DNA of 63,223 bases, taken from NCBI GenBank assembly GCA_019661945.1, contig JAIFWI010000006.1, positions 1 to 63,223 of the forward strand. The letters run 5' to 3'. Positions 32,787 through 43,085 of this stretch are shown piece after piece. The stretch comes from Candidatus Parcubacteria bacterium. Its GTDB lineage: Bacteria; Patescibacteriota; Minisyncoccia; Phycocordibacterales; JAKAEA01. The position numbers and the translations under genes are program-made. Below the pieces are notes generated by a model. That model worked only from the letters and a program-made list of their open reading frames with translations. It ran no database searches and had not been told where the DNA came from. The first letter of the stretch is position 1; every line of letters begins with the position of its first letter.

Positions 32787-35018
32787 TTATGTACCAATAA
32801 TTTCAGTAGCGAGGGTACCTTCTTTAAGTGACTGTTCTGAATGTGGACCAAATGGAGTATTCAAGAACATAAATCCCTTACCGAACTCACGCTGGAATAG
32901 CTTTGTATAGAGTTCTGCACCATTTGTAACAGCGTCATCACACATAGCAGGGCTAAGCATGACTAATGCTTTATGGGTAGAAGTAACCTTTGGACTAAGT
33001 ACCTTTTGATTCAGATATTTAAATTCCACATTATCATCTTTACCAAAGAGTTCTGCCATTAACTCAGCTACTTCAACTACACAGAAAGTACCACCTGTTT
33101 TTGAATGAAATGTATCGAATGTACAGGTTTTTACATCATTGTTATCAAGAACTTTAATTGATACATCGATACTCTCATTATCAGCTCTATAATCAATAAG
33201 ACCGTTGAAGAATTTTTTATTCTTTGAGACAAAAGATTTAAAGTCTTTTCTTAGAATCGTTTCCCGAATGTAGTGATTCTCTCCGAATTTCATGACATCA
33301 TCTAATGAGAGATTGTGTTTCTTTAGTGTTTCCCAATATGTATCTGGAATACCAATCTCTCCACTAAATTTTGCCAGTAATTCTTTTCGATATTGATCAG
33401 CAGTTTTCTTTTCTTTATTCACAGGAGAAAGTCGAAGTTCGTTAATACCAGTAGTATCATTTGCAATAATAAACAATTTGGCTTTAATACCATCAGCTTT
33501 CAGGTTTGAGACAATTTGTGCAGCTGCTTCAAAAGTCACTAATGGAAATGTTGTCATTCCAAACTCTTCAAGTAAACCTGTAAGCCGTTTAGGGATTAAT
33601 GGAGCTATACTTGGGAAGAAAGTATTGGTTTCTGTATCAGGAATTCCAAGGAAGTGACCTCCCATGATGAGAATCTCTGTTTCATTATGCTTAGCAAATT
33701 TACGAACATTGTTTTCAATATCTTGGATACTTTTAATTAAAATTTCTTTCTTTTCAATTGGAATATTCCTAATAAGAGCAAGATGGTTGTTTTTAGATTC
33801 TCCATATTTTCGTGCTAAGAAGTTTTCAATTTCTTCAACAGCAAGATTAATATCTGCTTCAGTATTATAAACTCCAACACTTAAGCGGACTGTCTCATGT
33901 CCTAACTCATTAGTTAAAGGGAAAGCGCAATGTGAACCATAACGAACACAGATATCATTACCAGCAAGATATGTACCTAATTCTTTTGGTGATACCCCAT
34001 CTACTGCGAATGACACAAGACCTACACGATTTCGCGCATCCTTAGGACCATGAATTATTAAATTGTTTATCTTATCCAACCGATTAATAAGTTCGTGAGT
34101 GAGTTTTATTTCATGTTCCCGAATTTCATTCATTCCGATATTAGTTAAGAATTTAACAGCCTCTGCTAATCCTACTGCACCTGAAACATTTGGAGTACCA
34201 CCTTCAAGCATAGAAAGGCTGCCATCATAGTCAGGTGATATAAGATCATGTGAAATACCATGGGTAATAGCAACATTATTAACACTACCGCCGCCAGCTC
34301 GAACAGGAGCAAGCAAATGCTGAATTGCTCTTTTTACGTAGAGGACACCGATTCCATCTGGTCCATACATCTTATGCCCAGAAAAGGCATACATATCACA
34401 ACCAATATCTTCTACATTCACAGGTATATGGGCAACTGCTTGTGCACCATCAATAATGTAGATAATATCCTTATTGTATTGTTTAATAGCTTTTCCAATT
34501 GCTGTAACATCATTAATTGTTCCAAGAACATTAGAACAGTGCGTAATTGCTACAATTTTTGTTTGTGGAGTAAGAGCTTTTACTACATCATCCGGCTTTA
34601 TACATCGTTCCTTCGTAGGAACAAACTTTGTGTGAACACCTCTTCGTCGAAGTTTGAGATACGGCAACATATTTGAATGATGCTCCATCGTAGACAGAAC
34701 AATAACGTCGCCTTCTTCAAAGAGGTGGGCTAAAGCCTCAATAGCTAAGTTAATGCTATCAGTAGTATTTCTTGTAAAAACAATCTCTTCACTTTGTGCA
34801 CCTATAAAATCCGCAACAGTCTTTCGGGCATCATCAAGAAGTTTCCCACTGCGTTGTGCTAATGGATGTGCACTTCGATTTGGATTACCTCGAAAATCCA
34901 TTGCATGTTGAACAGCACTAACCACCTGTGTTGGGGTAGGAGTCATTGCAGCCGAGTCCAAATAAAGATAATTAGACTGGCGAAACACCTTAAATTTTTT
35001 GCGGACTATGTCATTCAT
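32787..35018 (-). CDS. Fusion protein: SufS/CsdA-like class V PLP cysteine desulfurase (N-terminal ~410 aa) plus an unknown ~330-aa C-terminal domain
   Basis: PLP-lysine motif SGHKMYGPDGIGVLY and active-site Cys region VRYGSHCAFPL. Nothing in the C-terminal half is recognisable. Confidence 0.7.
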   Translation of the reverse strand: MNDIVRKKFKVFRQSNYLYLDSAAMTPTPTQVVSAVQHAMDFRGNPNRSAHPLAQRSGKLLDDARKTVADFIGAQSEEIVFTRNTTDSINLAIEALAHLFEEGDVIVLSTMEHHSNMLPYLKLRRRGVHTKFVPTKERCIKPDDVVKALTPQTKIVAITHCSNVLGTINDVTAIGKAIKQYNKDIIYIIDGAQAVAHIPVNVEDIGCDMYAFSGHKMYGPDGIGVLYVKRAIQHLLAPVRAGGGSVNNVAITHGISHDLISPDYDGSLSMLEGGTPNVSGAVGLAEAVKFLTNIGMNEIREHEIKLTHELINRLDKINNLIIHGPKDARNRVGLVSFAVDGVSPKELGTYLAGNDICVRYGSHCAFPLTNELGHETVRLSVGVYNTEADINLAVEEIENFLARKYGESKNNHLALIRNIPIEKKEILIKSIQDIENNVRKFAKHNETEILIMGGHFLGIPDTETNTFFPSIAPLIPKRLTGLLEEFGMTTFPLVTFEAAAQIVSNLKADGIKAKLFIIANDTTGINELRLSPVNKEKKTADQYRKELLAKFSGEIGIPDTYWETLKKHNLSLDDVMKFGENHYIRETILRKDFKSFVSKNKKFFNGLIDYRADNESIDVSIKVLDNNDVKTCTFDTFHSKTGGTFCVVEVAELMAELFGKDDNVEFKYLNQKVLSPKVTSTHKALVMLSPAMCDDAVTNGAELYTKLFQREFGKGFMFLNTPFGPHSEQSLKEGTLATEIIGT

Positions 35019-35172
35019 AATTACCCCATATATTACAGTATATGTAAATATTGTAGTAATATAAATAACATTAAATGTACCTAGAATGGCTATAAATAAA
35101 GATATACACCGTTATCGTGGTATTTTGTTAGTTTAAATTGACAATATTTGTGCTATCTGCTATCATATTCTA

Positions 35173-35964
35173 ATGTACAATACATCATTAAACCAAAAGC
35201 TCGAGCGAGTTGGTTTATCCCCCAAGGAGGCCCTTATTTATGGCTATTTATTAGAAAAAGGGGGTGCCTATCCTTCGAAAATTGCTGAGGATGTAAAACT
35301 CAATAGAAGCACCGTTTACGCCGTTTTGTTAGATTTAAATGTAAAAGGACTCGTCAATGAGATAGAAAAGAAGAATAAACTCTTCTATACTGTTGAACGT
35401 CCAGACCGTTTAGTTCGTCATGCTAAATCCCGTATAACGATGGCAAATGACCAGTATGAGCGTACAGAGCAACTTTTGCCTGACTTGGATGGAATCTATA
35501 ATATGGTCGCTAATAAAGCACGTGTACGTTATTTCGAAGGTATAGATGGCGCTCTTACTATTCTCGAAGATCAGATTTCTATCGATAAACCTTATGAAAT
35601 GTTAGCTATATCAAATGCTAATTACCTTGAAACATTCTTGCCAAAAGAATTCTTTGAGAAATATCGACGTACAAAAGAGCGAAAAGGGATAACTACCCGT
35701 GGTATCGTACCTGATACTGCCGAGAATAGAACTTTTAATTCTCGTGTATATGCAGGATTTAAGAAAAAAGTAATTCCTCTCATTCGGCATGTTTCAGCAG
35801 ATCAGTTTCCATATAAAGGTGAAATTACGATCTATGGTGACAATAAGGTTTCGATAGTAAATATGACTGCGGAAAACGTGACTGGTCTTATTATTGAAGA
35901 TCCTCTCATTCACAACATGATGAGAATGATATTCGAGCTTGCCTGGAAGAGCAGTAAGGAATAA
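35173..35964 (+). CDS. TrmB family transcriptional regulator
   Basis: 263 aa. N-terminal wHTH LGLSPKEALIYGYLLEKGGAYPSKIAEDVKLNRSTVYAVLLDL is typical of TrmB. Confidence 0.7.
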   Translation: MYNTSLNQKLERVGLSPKEALIYGYLLEKGGAYPSKIAEDVKLNRSTVYAVLLDLNVKGLVNEIEKKNKLFYTVERPDRLVRHAKSRITMANDQYERTEQLLPDLDGIYNMVANKARVRYFEGIDGALTILEDQISIDKPYEMLAISNANYLETFLPKEFFEKYRRTKERKGITTRGIVPDTAENRTFNSRVYAGFKKKVIPLIRHVSADQFPYKGEITIYGDNKVSIVNMTAENVTGLIIEDPLIHNMMRMIFELAWKSSKE

Positions 35965-37062
35965 CTACTTATTAATTGGCATCACAAGATACATGAATGA
36001 TTTGTCGTTCACTCCCCGAGCGATAAGGGGTTTAGTTACACCGTTAAATTCTAAGGTGACACTATCGGCATCAACTGATTGGAAACAATCAGTAATATAT
36101 TTGTAGTTAAAATTAATTTCAATCGGATCGCCTTCGATGACTGCCTCAAGGGAAGTGCTGTTTTCACCAACATCGGCATTTCGAGTTGAGAGTTCAAATT
36201 TTTTCTCTTTAGGATTTATCTTAACTGAGAGCTTATTGAATTTATCTGAAAAAATGGTTGCAACCCTAAAAGCGCTTATAAGGTCCTGTTTCAAGGTAGT
36301 AACGTGGGTTGTGTAGGACTTGGGTATAATCTGTCGGTAATCGGGGAAAACACCGTCTACAACACGTGATGTCAGGTAGACTCCACTGTACGTAAACGAA
36401 ATTTGATTTTTTGTGAAAGAAACCTCAACCTCACCTGGACATGATTCCAATATACGCAAAATATCGGGTACGTTTTTAACCGGAATGAGCAAAGAGCCAA
36501 TATCGCGGGCATTTTTCATCTTCACCTTCTTCTCAGCTAGTCTGAATGAGTCTGTGGCGACGAAAATTGCTGTGTCTTCGTCAGCGTAAATGTAAATACT
36601 TGAGAGTTCCGGCTTCATACTTGAAGTAGCTGAGCTATACCAGACTGATTTTATGCCTTTGATAACATCTCGAGCACTCAAGGTAAGAGTCTTATCACCC
36701 TTAAGCTGAGGAATAGTTGGAAAGTCTTCATGGTTAAGAGACTTTATAACTGTCGTATTGGTTTCAGTTGTGACCTTAAGATTTCCTTCAGATCCTTCCA
36801 AGGTAACAGTCTTATTTCGGAGTGTCCCTAAGAAGTTATTGAGGATAGTGCCGGGAACTGCTATCGTACCCTCTTTGGTAATCTTCGCTGGAATAGTAAT
36901 TTCTATACCTAGATCAAGGTTTGTAGCCCTTAAAGTAAGGATTTTTCCCTTAGCTTCAAGCAGAATACAGCTTAAAACGGGTAATGTTAAATTTTTACCA
37001 GTTATCTTTTCTGATTTACCTACAGCTTCAACCAATATATCTGTCGTGCATTCGATCTTCAT
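35965..37062 (-). CDS. dnaN: DNA polymerase III beta sliding clamp
   Basis: 365 aa. MKIECTTDILVEAVGKSEKI..LSCILLEAKG..LRATNLDLGIE is the typical clamp N-terminus, and the gene lies downstream of dnaA. Confidence 0.9.
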   Translation of the reverse strand: MKIECTTDILVEAVGKSEKITGKNLTLPVLSCILLEAKGKILTLRATNLDLGIEITIPAKITKEGTIAVPGTILNNFLGTLRNKTVTLEGSEGNLKVTTETNTTVIKSLNHEDFPTIPQLKGDKTLTLSARDVIKGIKSVWYSSATSSMKPELSSIYIYADEDTAIFVATDSFRLAEKKVKMKNARDIGSLLIPVKNVPDILRILESCPGEVEVSFTKNQISFTYSGVYLTSRVVDGVFPDYRQIIPKSYTTHVTTLKQDLISAFRVATIFSDKFNKLSVKINPKEKKFELSTRNADVGENSTSLEAVIEGDPIEINFNYKYITDCFQSVDADSVTLEFNGVTKPLIARGVNDKSFMYLVMPINK

Positions 37063-37317
37063 AATCTTTAATTATTCTATATATAAAATCCTATTACTAC
37101 TATTAGCCCTGTTGATATGTGTATATCTCATAAATATGGCTTATTTTAGGCATTTTGTCACCTATTCCAAAAGGAGACCTTGTGTATATATTTATTAACA
37201 CTGGGATATGTTCTTAAAATTCTCATTTTATACACATTCTTTCCTTTTTCCATACACATCTTATTCTCAGTTTATATCCCCATTATCCCCGAGCTTATCC
37301 ACAGTTTTATCCACATT
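37063..37317. promoter_or_regulatory. Candidate oriC segment: DnaA-box cluster in the dnaA-dnaN spacer
   Basis: Two perfect TTATCCACA boxes (37295-37303 and 37307-37315), TTATACACA at 37228-37236, further 7/9 matches, and AT-rich tracts. Confidence 0.65.
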
Positions 37318-38658
37318 TTAGAACATTGAACGTATCTGTTTAAGTTCCTGGGCTAAGATATGGTTGGTTTTAAGCTCATTTTTGATCTTCTCACATGAGT
37401 GTATGACGGTGGTATGGTCTCTTCCCCCTAGTTTTTGGCCTATTGAGGGGTAAGAAACGTCAAATTCCTCTCTGAGAACATACATTATAAGCTGGCGGGG
37501 TCGAACTACCTCTTTTCGACGGGTTTTCTCATAAATACTGGCTTCTTCGATGTTATAAAAGTCAGCAATAGTCTTAATAACGTCCTTAACGGACACAGCT
37601 TTCTTTGGTTTTGAATTGTCCTTTATGAGATTTTTGATCTCGTTTACATTCAATTCCCTGCCCTTAAGCTGAGAATGCATAATAACAGAGTTTAGGGCAC
37701 CCTCAAGCTCACGAATGTTGCCGTCTATAGTAGAAGCCAAATATTCGATATTATCAGTCGAAAGCTCAAAATTCTGCATTTTTGACTTAGCTCGCAGTAT
37801 TGCTGCTCGTGATTCCTGGTCAGGATGAGGAATATCCACTATCATACCGGCCGCAAAGCGTGATTTTAAGCGCTCTTCGAGGTGTGGAATGTAGTTGGGG
37901 TGCTTATCTGATGAAAATATGATTTGTTTATTATCATCATAGAGATTATTGAACAAATGGAATAATTCCTCCTGCATTTTCTCCTTAGTAGAGAAAAATT
38001 GGATGTCATCCATGACCAAAACATCATATCGGCGGTATTTTTCTTTAAAAACATTCACTTTATTGTTTTGAAGCGAGTTAATATAGTCTTGGCCGAATTT
38101 TTCTGAGGTTACGTAGAAGACTTTCTTAGCTGTATTACCTTTAAGGTAGTTACCTACAGCCTGAATGAGGTGGGTTTTACCACGGCCAGTATCACCGTAA
38201 ATAAAGAGTGGATTATAGGTAATACCGGGCTTTTTAATGACTGCCTGAGATGCGGCGTGGGCAAGCTCATTAAATGGCCCTACTACGAAGGATTCAAAGG
38301 TATATCGAGGGTTTAGGTTGTCCTCCTTGTTTATATAATAGTCATTAAGAGGCATTTCACTGGTGGAATTGACCGGAATACGGCGCTCTGTCTCATTTTC
38401 CTGGCGTTTTTGATCATCTTTTGAGACAACATACTCTATTCCCCGGACATCGGCGCCGGCCCGGAGACATTTCAAGACAAATTTGTGGAACTTATTATAG
38501 AGCCAATCTTTGACAAAGACATTGGGGACGGAGAGGAAAATGATACCGTCTTCAAAGCGTACAATCCGGGTATCCTTAAACCACATGTTGAAATTAGCTT
38601 TCGATACCGTTAGTTCAATTTCTGCCAGTGCATTTTCCCAGAGTTTTTTTGTATCCAT
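37318..38658 (-). CDS. dnaA: Chromosomal replication initiator DnaA
   Basis: Start moved to MDTKKLWENALAEIE. Walker A GDTGRGKTHL, Walker B VLVMDDIQF, and C-terminal domain IV (LGGRDHTTVIHSCEKI). Confidence 0.95.
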   Translation of the reverse strand: MDTKKLWENALAEIELTVSKANFNMWFKDTRIVRFEDGIIFLSVPNVFVKDWLYNKFHKFVLKCLRAGADVRGIEYVVSKDDQKRQENETERRIPVNSTSEMPLNDYYINKEDNLNPRYTFESFVVGPFNELAHAASQAVIKKPGITYNPLFIYGDTGRGKTHLIQAVGNYLKGNTAKKVFYVTSEKFGQDYINSLQNNKVNVFKEKYRRYDVLVMDDIQFFSTKEKMQEELFHLFNNLYDDNKQIIFSSDKHPNYIPHLEERLKSRFAAGMIVDIPHPDQESRAAILRAKSKMQNFELSTDNIEYLASTIDGNIRELEGALNSVIMHSQLKGRELNVNEIKNLIKDNSKPKKAVSVKDVIKTIADFYNIEEASIYEKTRRKEVVRPRQLIMYVLREEFDVSYPSIGQKLGGRDHTTVIHSCEKIKNELKTNHILAQELKQIRSMF

Positions 38659-38770
38659 AGATCCTTGGACAGTAATTATATACTTTATACACTGCTCCGA
38701 AACTTGTGCACACCCCATAATTATGTTGATAAGTTGTGTATAAAGTGGGAATAGTGTATACTCACCAATC

Positions 38771-38905
38771 ATGTCTAGAACATATCAACCAAAGAAGAGA
38801 AAGCGCAGCCGTTCTCACGGCTTTCTTACCCGCCAAAGCACTAAAGGCGGAAAAAATACTATTAAACGACGCCGAGCGAAGGGACGAGCCAAGCTTTCAG
38901 TCTAA
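38771..38905 (+). CDS. rpmH: 50S ribosomal protein L34
   Basis: My translation reads [44 protein letters not shown] (44 aa). It is too short for the ORF track. Confidence 0.9.
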   Translation: MSRTYQPKKRKRSRSHGFLTRQSTKGGKNTIKRRRAKGRAKLSV

Positions 38906-38908
38906 TCT

Positions 38909-39250
38909 ATGCTGAGAGAGCCGTGGAGGGTCTCAAAAGTACTCTTTAAAGATATTTTAACCCGGGGCAAAACAATCCATGCTCCGCATCTTTCTTTGCG
39001 TTTAGCTGTTATTCCGGCCTCATCAACAAAGATGGCCGTAGTCGTACCAAAAAAAGTTCAGGCTAAAGCTCATGATAGAAATCTGCTTCGCAGAAGAATA
39101 TATGCAATTGTCCGTCAGTATAGGGATAATTTACCACAAGGATTTGGCGGATTGATATTTGCAAAGCCTCAAGCGTCACATTTAAACCACAGTGACTTAC
39201 AAGCGGAGGTTCGTGGACTTCTTTCAAATAGTTTCGGTATAGACTTATAA
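38909..39250 (+). CDS. rnpA: RNase P protein component
   Basis: 113 aa and basic, with VVPKKV..AHDRNLLRRRI. Sits in the conserved rpmH-rnpA-yidC order. Confidence 0.8.
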   Translation: MLREPWRVSKVLFKDILTRGKTIHAPHLSLRLAVIPASSTKMAVVVPKKVQAKAHDRNLLRRRIYAIVRQYRDNLPQGFGGLIFAKPQASHLNHSDLQAEVRGLLSNSFGIDL

Positions 39251-39272
39251 AAATATCTGATACAATAATCCC

Positions 39273-39992
39273 ATGCGCGCATTTTTAAAAACAATTATTT
39301 ATATTCCACTCTACAACGCTCTAGTCGCTCTTATTGTTCTTATGCCCGGACATAGTGCGGGACTAGCTGTTATTTTGCTGACACTGCTTATTAGAATCAT
39401 TCTCTTTCCTCTCTCTCGCAAGGCTATAAAGACTCAAATTGAAATGCGTCGGATTGAACCAGAGGTGAAGCGTATTCGTGAGACAGTCAAAGATCGACAA
39501 GAACAAGCTCAGGCTTTAATGCAGTTGTATAAAGACAGAGATATAAATCCTTTTGCCAGTTTAGTGCTCATTATCATTCAGCTGCCGATCTTGATTGGGC
39601 TCTATAGTGTCTTTCGTAGCGGCTTGCCGATGATTAAACCGGAACTCCTGTATTCATTCATTCACGTGCCGGAATTTGTTTCGATGATTTTCGTCGGTAT
39701 TGATTTAGCTGGAAAAAGTTTGGTACTGGCTTTAGCTGCAGTCATTACTCAATTTATTCAGATAAATCTAGCCTTGCCGAAGTCAGTTAAAAAAGAAAAA
39801 GGTACATTTCAAGAAGATCTGGCCCATAATCTTAATATGCAGATGCGTTACATCATGCCGCTCGTTCTCTTCCCTATTGCCTACTTCTCGGCCGTTATTG
39901 CCCTCTATTTTACAACAAGTAATATTCTCATGACTTTGCAGGAGATTTTTATCAAGCGAAGATTAGAACGAAAACTCGAACCTAAGGTGTAA
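39273..39992 (+). CDS. yidC: Membrane protein insertase YidC (short form)
   Basis: 239 aa, five TM segments, LLIRIILFPLSRKAIKTQIEMRRIEPE motif. Confidence 0.85.
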   Translation: MRAFLKTIIYIPLYNALVALIVLMPGHSAGLAVILLTLLIRIILFPLSRKAIKTQIEMRRIEPEVKRIRETVKDRQEQAQALMQLYKDRDINPFASLVLIIIQLPILIGLYSVFRSGLPMIKPELLYSFIHVPEFVSMIFVGIDLAGKSLVLALAAVITQFIQINLALPKSVKKEKGTFQEDLAHNLNMQMRYIMPLVLFPIAYFSAVIALYFTTSNILMTLQEIFIKRRLERKLEPKV

Positions 39993-41208
39993 GACGAATA
40001 CTCCATGGTGTAGAATCTTTTTTGTTTGTGACAAAAAGATATTCTTCAGTTGGACTTAAGGTAATATGTGAGATGTCTAAATTCTTTGTGGTAATATTTT
40101 TTTCGTCAGTAAGTGGTTCATTTACCCCAGTATCAATTCTGATTGTGTACAGTTTGTCTGTAAAAGAAACTTGGCCTTGATACCATAGGTCTGGAAATTT
40201 ACCGGTACCGATAATTTTAGGAACAGCACAGTAGAGTGTGGAGCTTTGCTTTTTTGACCAAACACATTTATCAACGATTGTTCCAACCTTTGCCTGGGTG
40301 ATTGCGCCGGTTTTAACATTATAGAGTTGTAACAATGTGCTGGCATCAGTGAAAGCGACAAATGTGGCTGATGGATTAGTTAGGGTCGCTAAGGCGTTTA
40401 CTGGACCGAGAACTTTTTTAAGGCTGCCACTTGTAGGATTTAAGAAATAGGCGTATCCAGAAATACCGCTTGAGGGTTTGGTGGTAAGCGTAATAGTGTT
40501 TGTTTCCGGCCATGAAATGTTCCACTCAGTCAGAGCAGAGTTGAAAATAGTGCGTCGGTTGCTGCCATCACTTGCAGCAACGATGCCCTGTATTCCCCCG
40601 GATATTCTCTCAAGAAAAAATATCTTCTTTAAATCGGGCGAGGCCACAACTGCCTCAATGCCTTCAGACAAAAATGTGCCCTTTACTTCCCGAAGCGTTG
40701 TATCGACAGCCTTGCTTTTAACAAGGGCGGCATTATACGTTCGGATACTGTCTGTTTCAGAAAGGTAGCGATAGATAACAGTGTTGCCGCCATTAAGCCA
40801 CAGTGTCTCTTGAATTTTAGGCAGGGTTGTATTTGAGATCCGGGTCTGTTCTCCGGTAGACATGTTCACTTCAAAAATATGACCTTGAGCACGCTCTGCA
40901 AAGCGTACAAATGTTGTTGGTCCAGATGTATAGGCAAAAGTGCTGGCGGAAGGATCTGCTGAAAGTTGGGTGACGGTAGCTACAGGGATACTGACTGTTT
41001 CGTTATTGTCTGTAGGTTTTGTACTTGTTCCTATTTCGATTGGCCGATTTTCTGAATCCGGACCGAAAGGAGTAAACTCTTCATTGGAATTTTCTTCCTC
41101 AGCCGACGGGGTTGGAGCTGTATCATTTTTGAAAAAAACAATATAGCCGGCAAAGCCGAGAGCAATAATAAAGAAGAGAATTGATGTAATAAAAACTTTC
41201 TTAAGCAT
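39982..41208 (-). CDS. Membrane-anchored periplasm/surface protein, beta-propeller-like; last gene of the T4SS-like operon
   Basis: 408 aa. N-terminal TM segment and an acidic linker, then repeated beta-strand-rich blocks. No specific motif. Confidence 0.5.
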   Translation of the reverse strand: MLKKVFITSILFFIIALGFAGYIVFFKNDTAPTPSAEEENSNEEFTPFGPDSENRPIEIGTSTKPTDNNETVSIPVATVTQLSADPSASTFAYTSGPTTFVRFAERAQGHIFEVNMSTGEQTRISNTTLPKIQETLWLNGGNTVIYRYLSETDSIRTYNAALVKSKAVDTTLREVKGTFLSEGIEAVVASPDLKKIFFLERISGGIQGIVAASDGSNRRTIFNSALTEWNISWPETNTITLTTKPSSGISGYAYFLNPTSGSLKKVLGPVNALATLTNPSATFVAFTDASTLLQLYNVKTGAITQAKVGTIVDKCVWSKKQSSTLYCAVPKIIGTGKFPDLWYQGQVSFTDKLYTIRIDTGVNEPLTDEKNITTKNLDISHITLSPTEEYLFVTNKKDSTPWSIRLTP

Positions 41209-41224
41209 TTTCTTGTATTATATA

Positions 41225-41629
41225 CTATTTTGCTCTGTTCAAACTGTCGTAAATTCGATTAAGGTTCAGTAATTCTGGATTAATCGTCTGTAAAATAAGA
41301 GCGGAACCAAGGATAAGGACTAATCCCCACAAAGAACGTAAAATGATAGCTTTAGCATTGGTTTTTTTACCAAATGATTCGGCGCTAATATACATAAAAC
41401 CACCAACGACAAGAGATAGTACCGCTAAAACTCCTGAGAGACCGACAATGATTTTATACATAGCGCCAATATATTTTGGCAGCTCATTTGATTTAACCGA
41501 CGGTCCAATTTCTTTACTGATAGGTGCAAGCAGGACATAATCCTCTACGGCAATAACTCGGGCCGTAGGAAGGAAAAGTGTAGATATGATGAGACAGAGG
41601 GATATAATAAATAAAAATAAACGTTCCAT
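41225..41629 (-). CDS. VirB2/TrbC-like small two-helix membrane protein (putative pilin subunit)
   Basis: Signal peptide followed by two hydrophobic helices separated by a short charged loop (MYKIIVGLSGVLAVLSLVVGGFMYISAESFGKK..LWGLVLILGSALIL). The call rests on architecture only. Confidence 0.4.
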   Translation of the reverse strand: MERLFLFIISLCLIISTLFLPTARVIAVEDYVLLAPISKEIGPSVKSNELPKYIGAMYKIIVGLSGVLAVLSLVVGGFMYISAESFGKKTNAKAIILRSLWGLVLILGSALILQTINPELLNLNRIYDSLNRAK

Positions 41630-41633
41630 GAAA

Positions 41634-42617
41634 TTACTCCTCGGCATTGAAGGTAATAGTTACCTGTCGATTACTATATTGTAAAAGTTTTGCTGGGTTT
41701 GTGGCTTTTGCTCCAATCAGTGATCTACCTGTCTCAGTACCCGTATGGCGTAAGATAATCGAGCTGTCCTGCTCGGATGCCGCTGTATTATTGACGCGCC
41801 AATCAAAGGTAAGAGTAGAAAGATCGTGAGGAACGGCCGTGCTGAAGAAATAAGGTGCTGCTTTTAGCCATATTTCTTCATTTAGTAGGTTAATAGTCTG
41901 ACCTAAGGCTCGATGATAGAGTGGTCCGTAAAGTGGAGCCTCTTCGTATAAAACAATTTCAGGTGATTGCGGTGTTAAGACCACCCGGCCAGTACCTAAA
42001 GTCTTACCACTCTGTGAACTAACAGTGACTATCACTTCTATGGCTCTCAATACTACCCCACTTGTTACGGTCATTGAATCTTTGCCAAAGCCTGAAGCTT
42101 CTCGCACATTTTGGCCATTGACTTTCCAAGCATAGATTAGATTTTTTGGGCTTAGGCGAGTACCGTTTTCATAAAAATTTGACATAGCTACGACAGTAGC
42201 TTCTCCTTGAAATGGATACAGGGCCTTACCTCGGTAAAACGGCGGGGTATATGACTTTGCCTCCCAAATGAGATCAACTGTTCCCGGATTAATAACCTGG
42301 CTTACTTCATAGTCTTTACCATCAGCAGTAACAGCCACTACTCGAATGGATGTTTGTGAACCCTCCCGAGCAGCTGTGGTCTTAAAGCTTGTCTTGCCCT
42401 TACCGCTTGAGACTTCCGAACCATTAACAAGCCAGGTAATATCTGAGCGATTGAGATCAATAGCACCGCTCAAGACCGTAAAGCTTACACTTTGCCCTGG
42501 CTGAGGGTATTGAGGACTGAAGCGAAGAGATAATGTTGTATCAGGAAGCTGGGCAAAGACAGCCATGGGAAGATATAGTCCAAGCCCACATACTATATAA
42601 TAGAGAACCTTCTTCAT
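41634..42617 (-). CDS. Secreted Ig-like repeat protein
   Basis: 327 aa with a signal peptide ending AVFAQ. Beta-sandwich-like repeats. Confidence 0.5.
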   Translation of the reverse strand: MKKVLYYIVCGLGLYLPMAVFAQLPDTTLSLRFSPQYPQPGQSVSFTVLSGAIDLNRSDITWLVNGSEVSSGKGKTSFKTTAAREGSQTSIRVVAVTADGKDYEVSQVINPGTVDLIWEAKSYTPPFYRGKALYPFQGEATVVAMSNFYENGTRLSPKNLIYAWKVNGQNVREASGFGKDSMTVTSGVVLRAIEVIVTVSSQSGKTLGTGRVVLTPQSPEIVLYEEAPLYGPLYHRALGQTINLLNEEIWLKAAPYFFSTAVPHDLSTLTFDWRVNNTAASEQDSSIILRHTGTETGRSLIGAKATNPAKLLQYSNRQVTITFNAEE

Positions 42618-42641
42618 GGTATTAGTATACTATATGTTGAG

Positions 42642-43085
42642 TTAGGCTGCCTGTCGGTATTCTGACTCCTCTTCAGCATATTCCTCTTCTTCCTGCTGCT
42701 CTTGTTCTCGCATCTGGCGCATCCATAATGCTCTTTGGATTCGTTGTTCTTCCTCCTGTGAGGCAGCTTCGGCAGTTTCTTTTCCCTGAATTTTCATCTG
42801 GCGTTTTTTTTCGGAGCGAAAAATAAGTTCACTTGATATAAATTGCCAAGGAATGAAACTCAATGGCCAAATCCATGACAAAATAGTTGCAATGGCAGTA
42901 AGAACAATAACCTTCCAATCTTTAAGAAGGTGTAGGTAGCGCTTAATGCCGAGGTAGGCTTGATAGATCCAAAATATACCACTAAATAAAATTCCAGCCA
43001 CAGGTATCCAGCTCAAGACCCAAGCTAACCCAGATGCTATCCTTGAGTTTCGTCGATCACGTTTCAATGTATCTAGCTTATCCAT
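42642..43085 (-). CDS. Small 3-TM protein with an E/Q-rich tail
   Basis: 147 aa. Its start overlaps the VirB4-like stop by 1 nt (TAATG). Confidence 0.5.
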   Translation of the reverse strand: MDKLDTLKRDRRNSRIASGLAWVLSWIPVAGILFSGIFWIYQAYLGIKRYLHLLKDWKVIVLTAIATILSWIWPLSFIPWQFISSELIFRSEKKRQMKIQGKETAEAASQEEEQRIQRALWMRQMREQEQQEEEEYAEEESEYRQAA

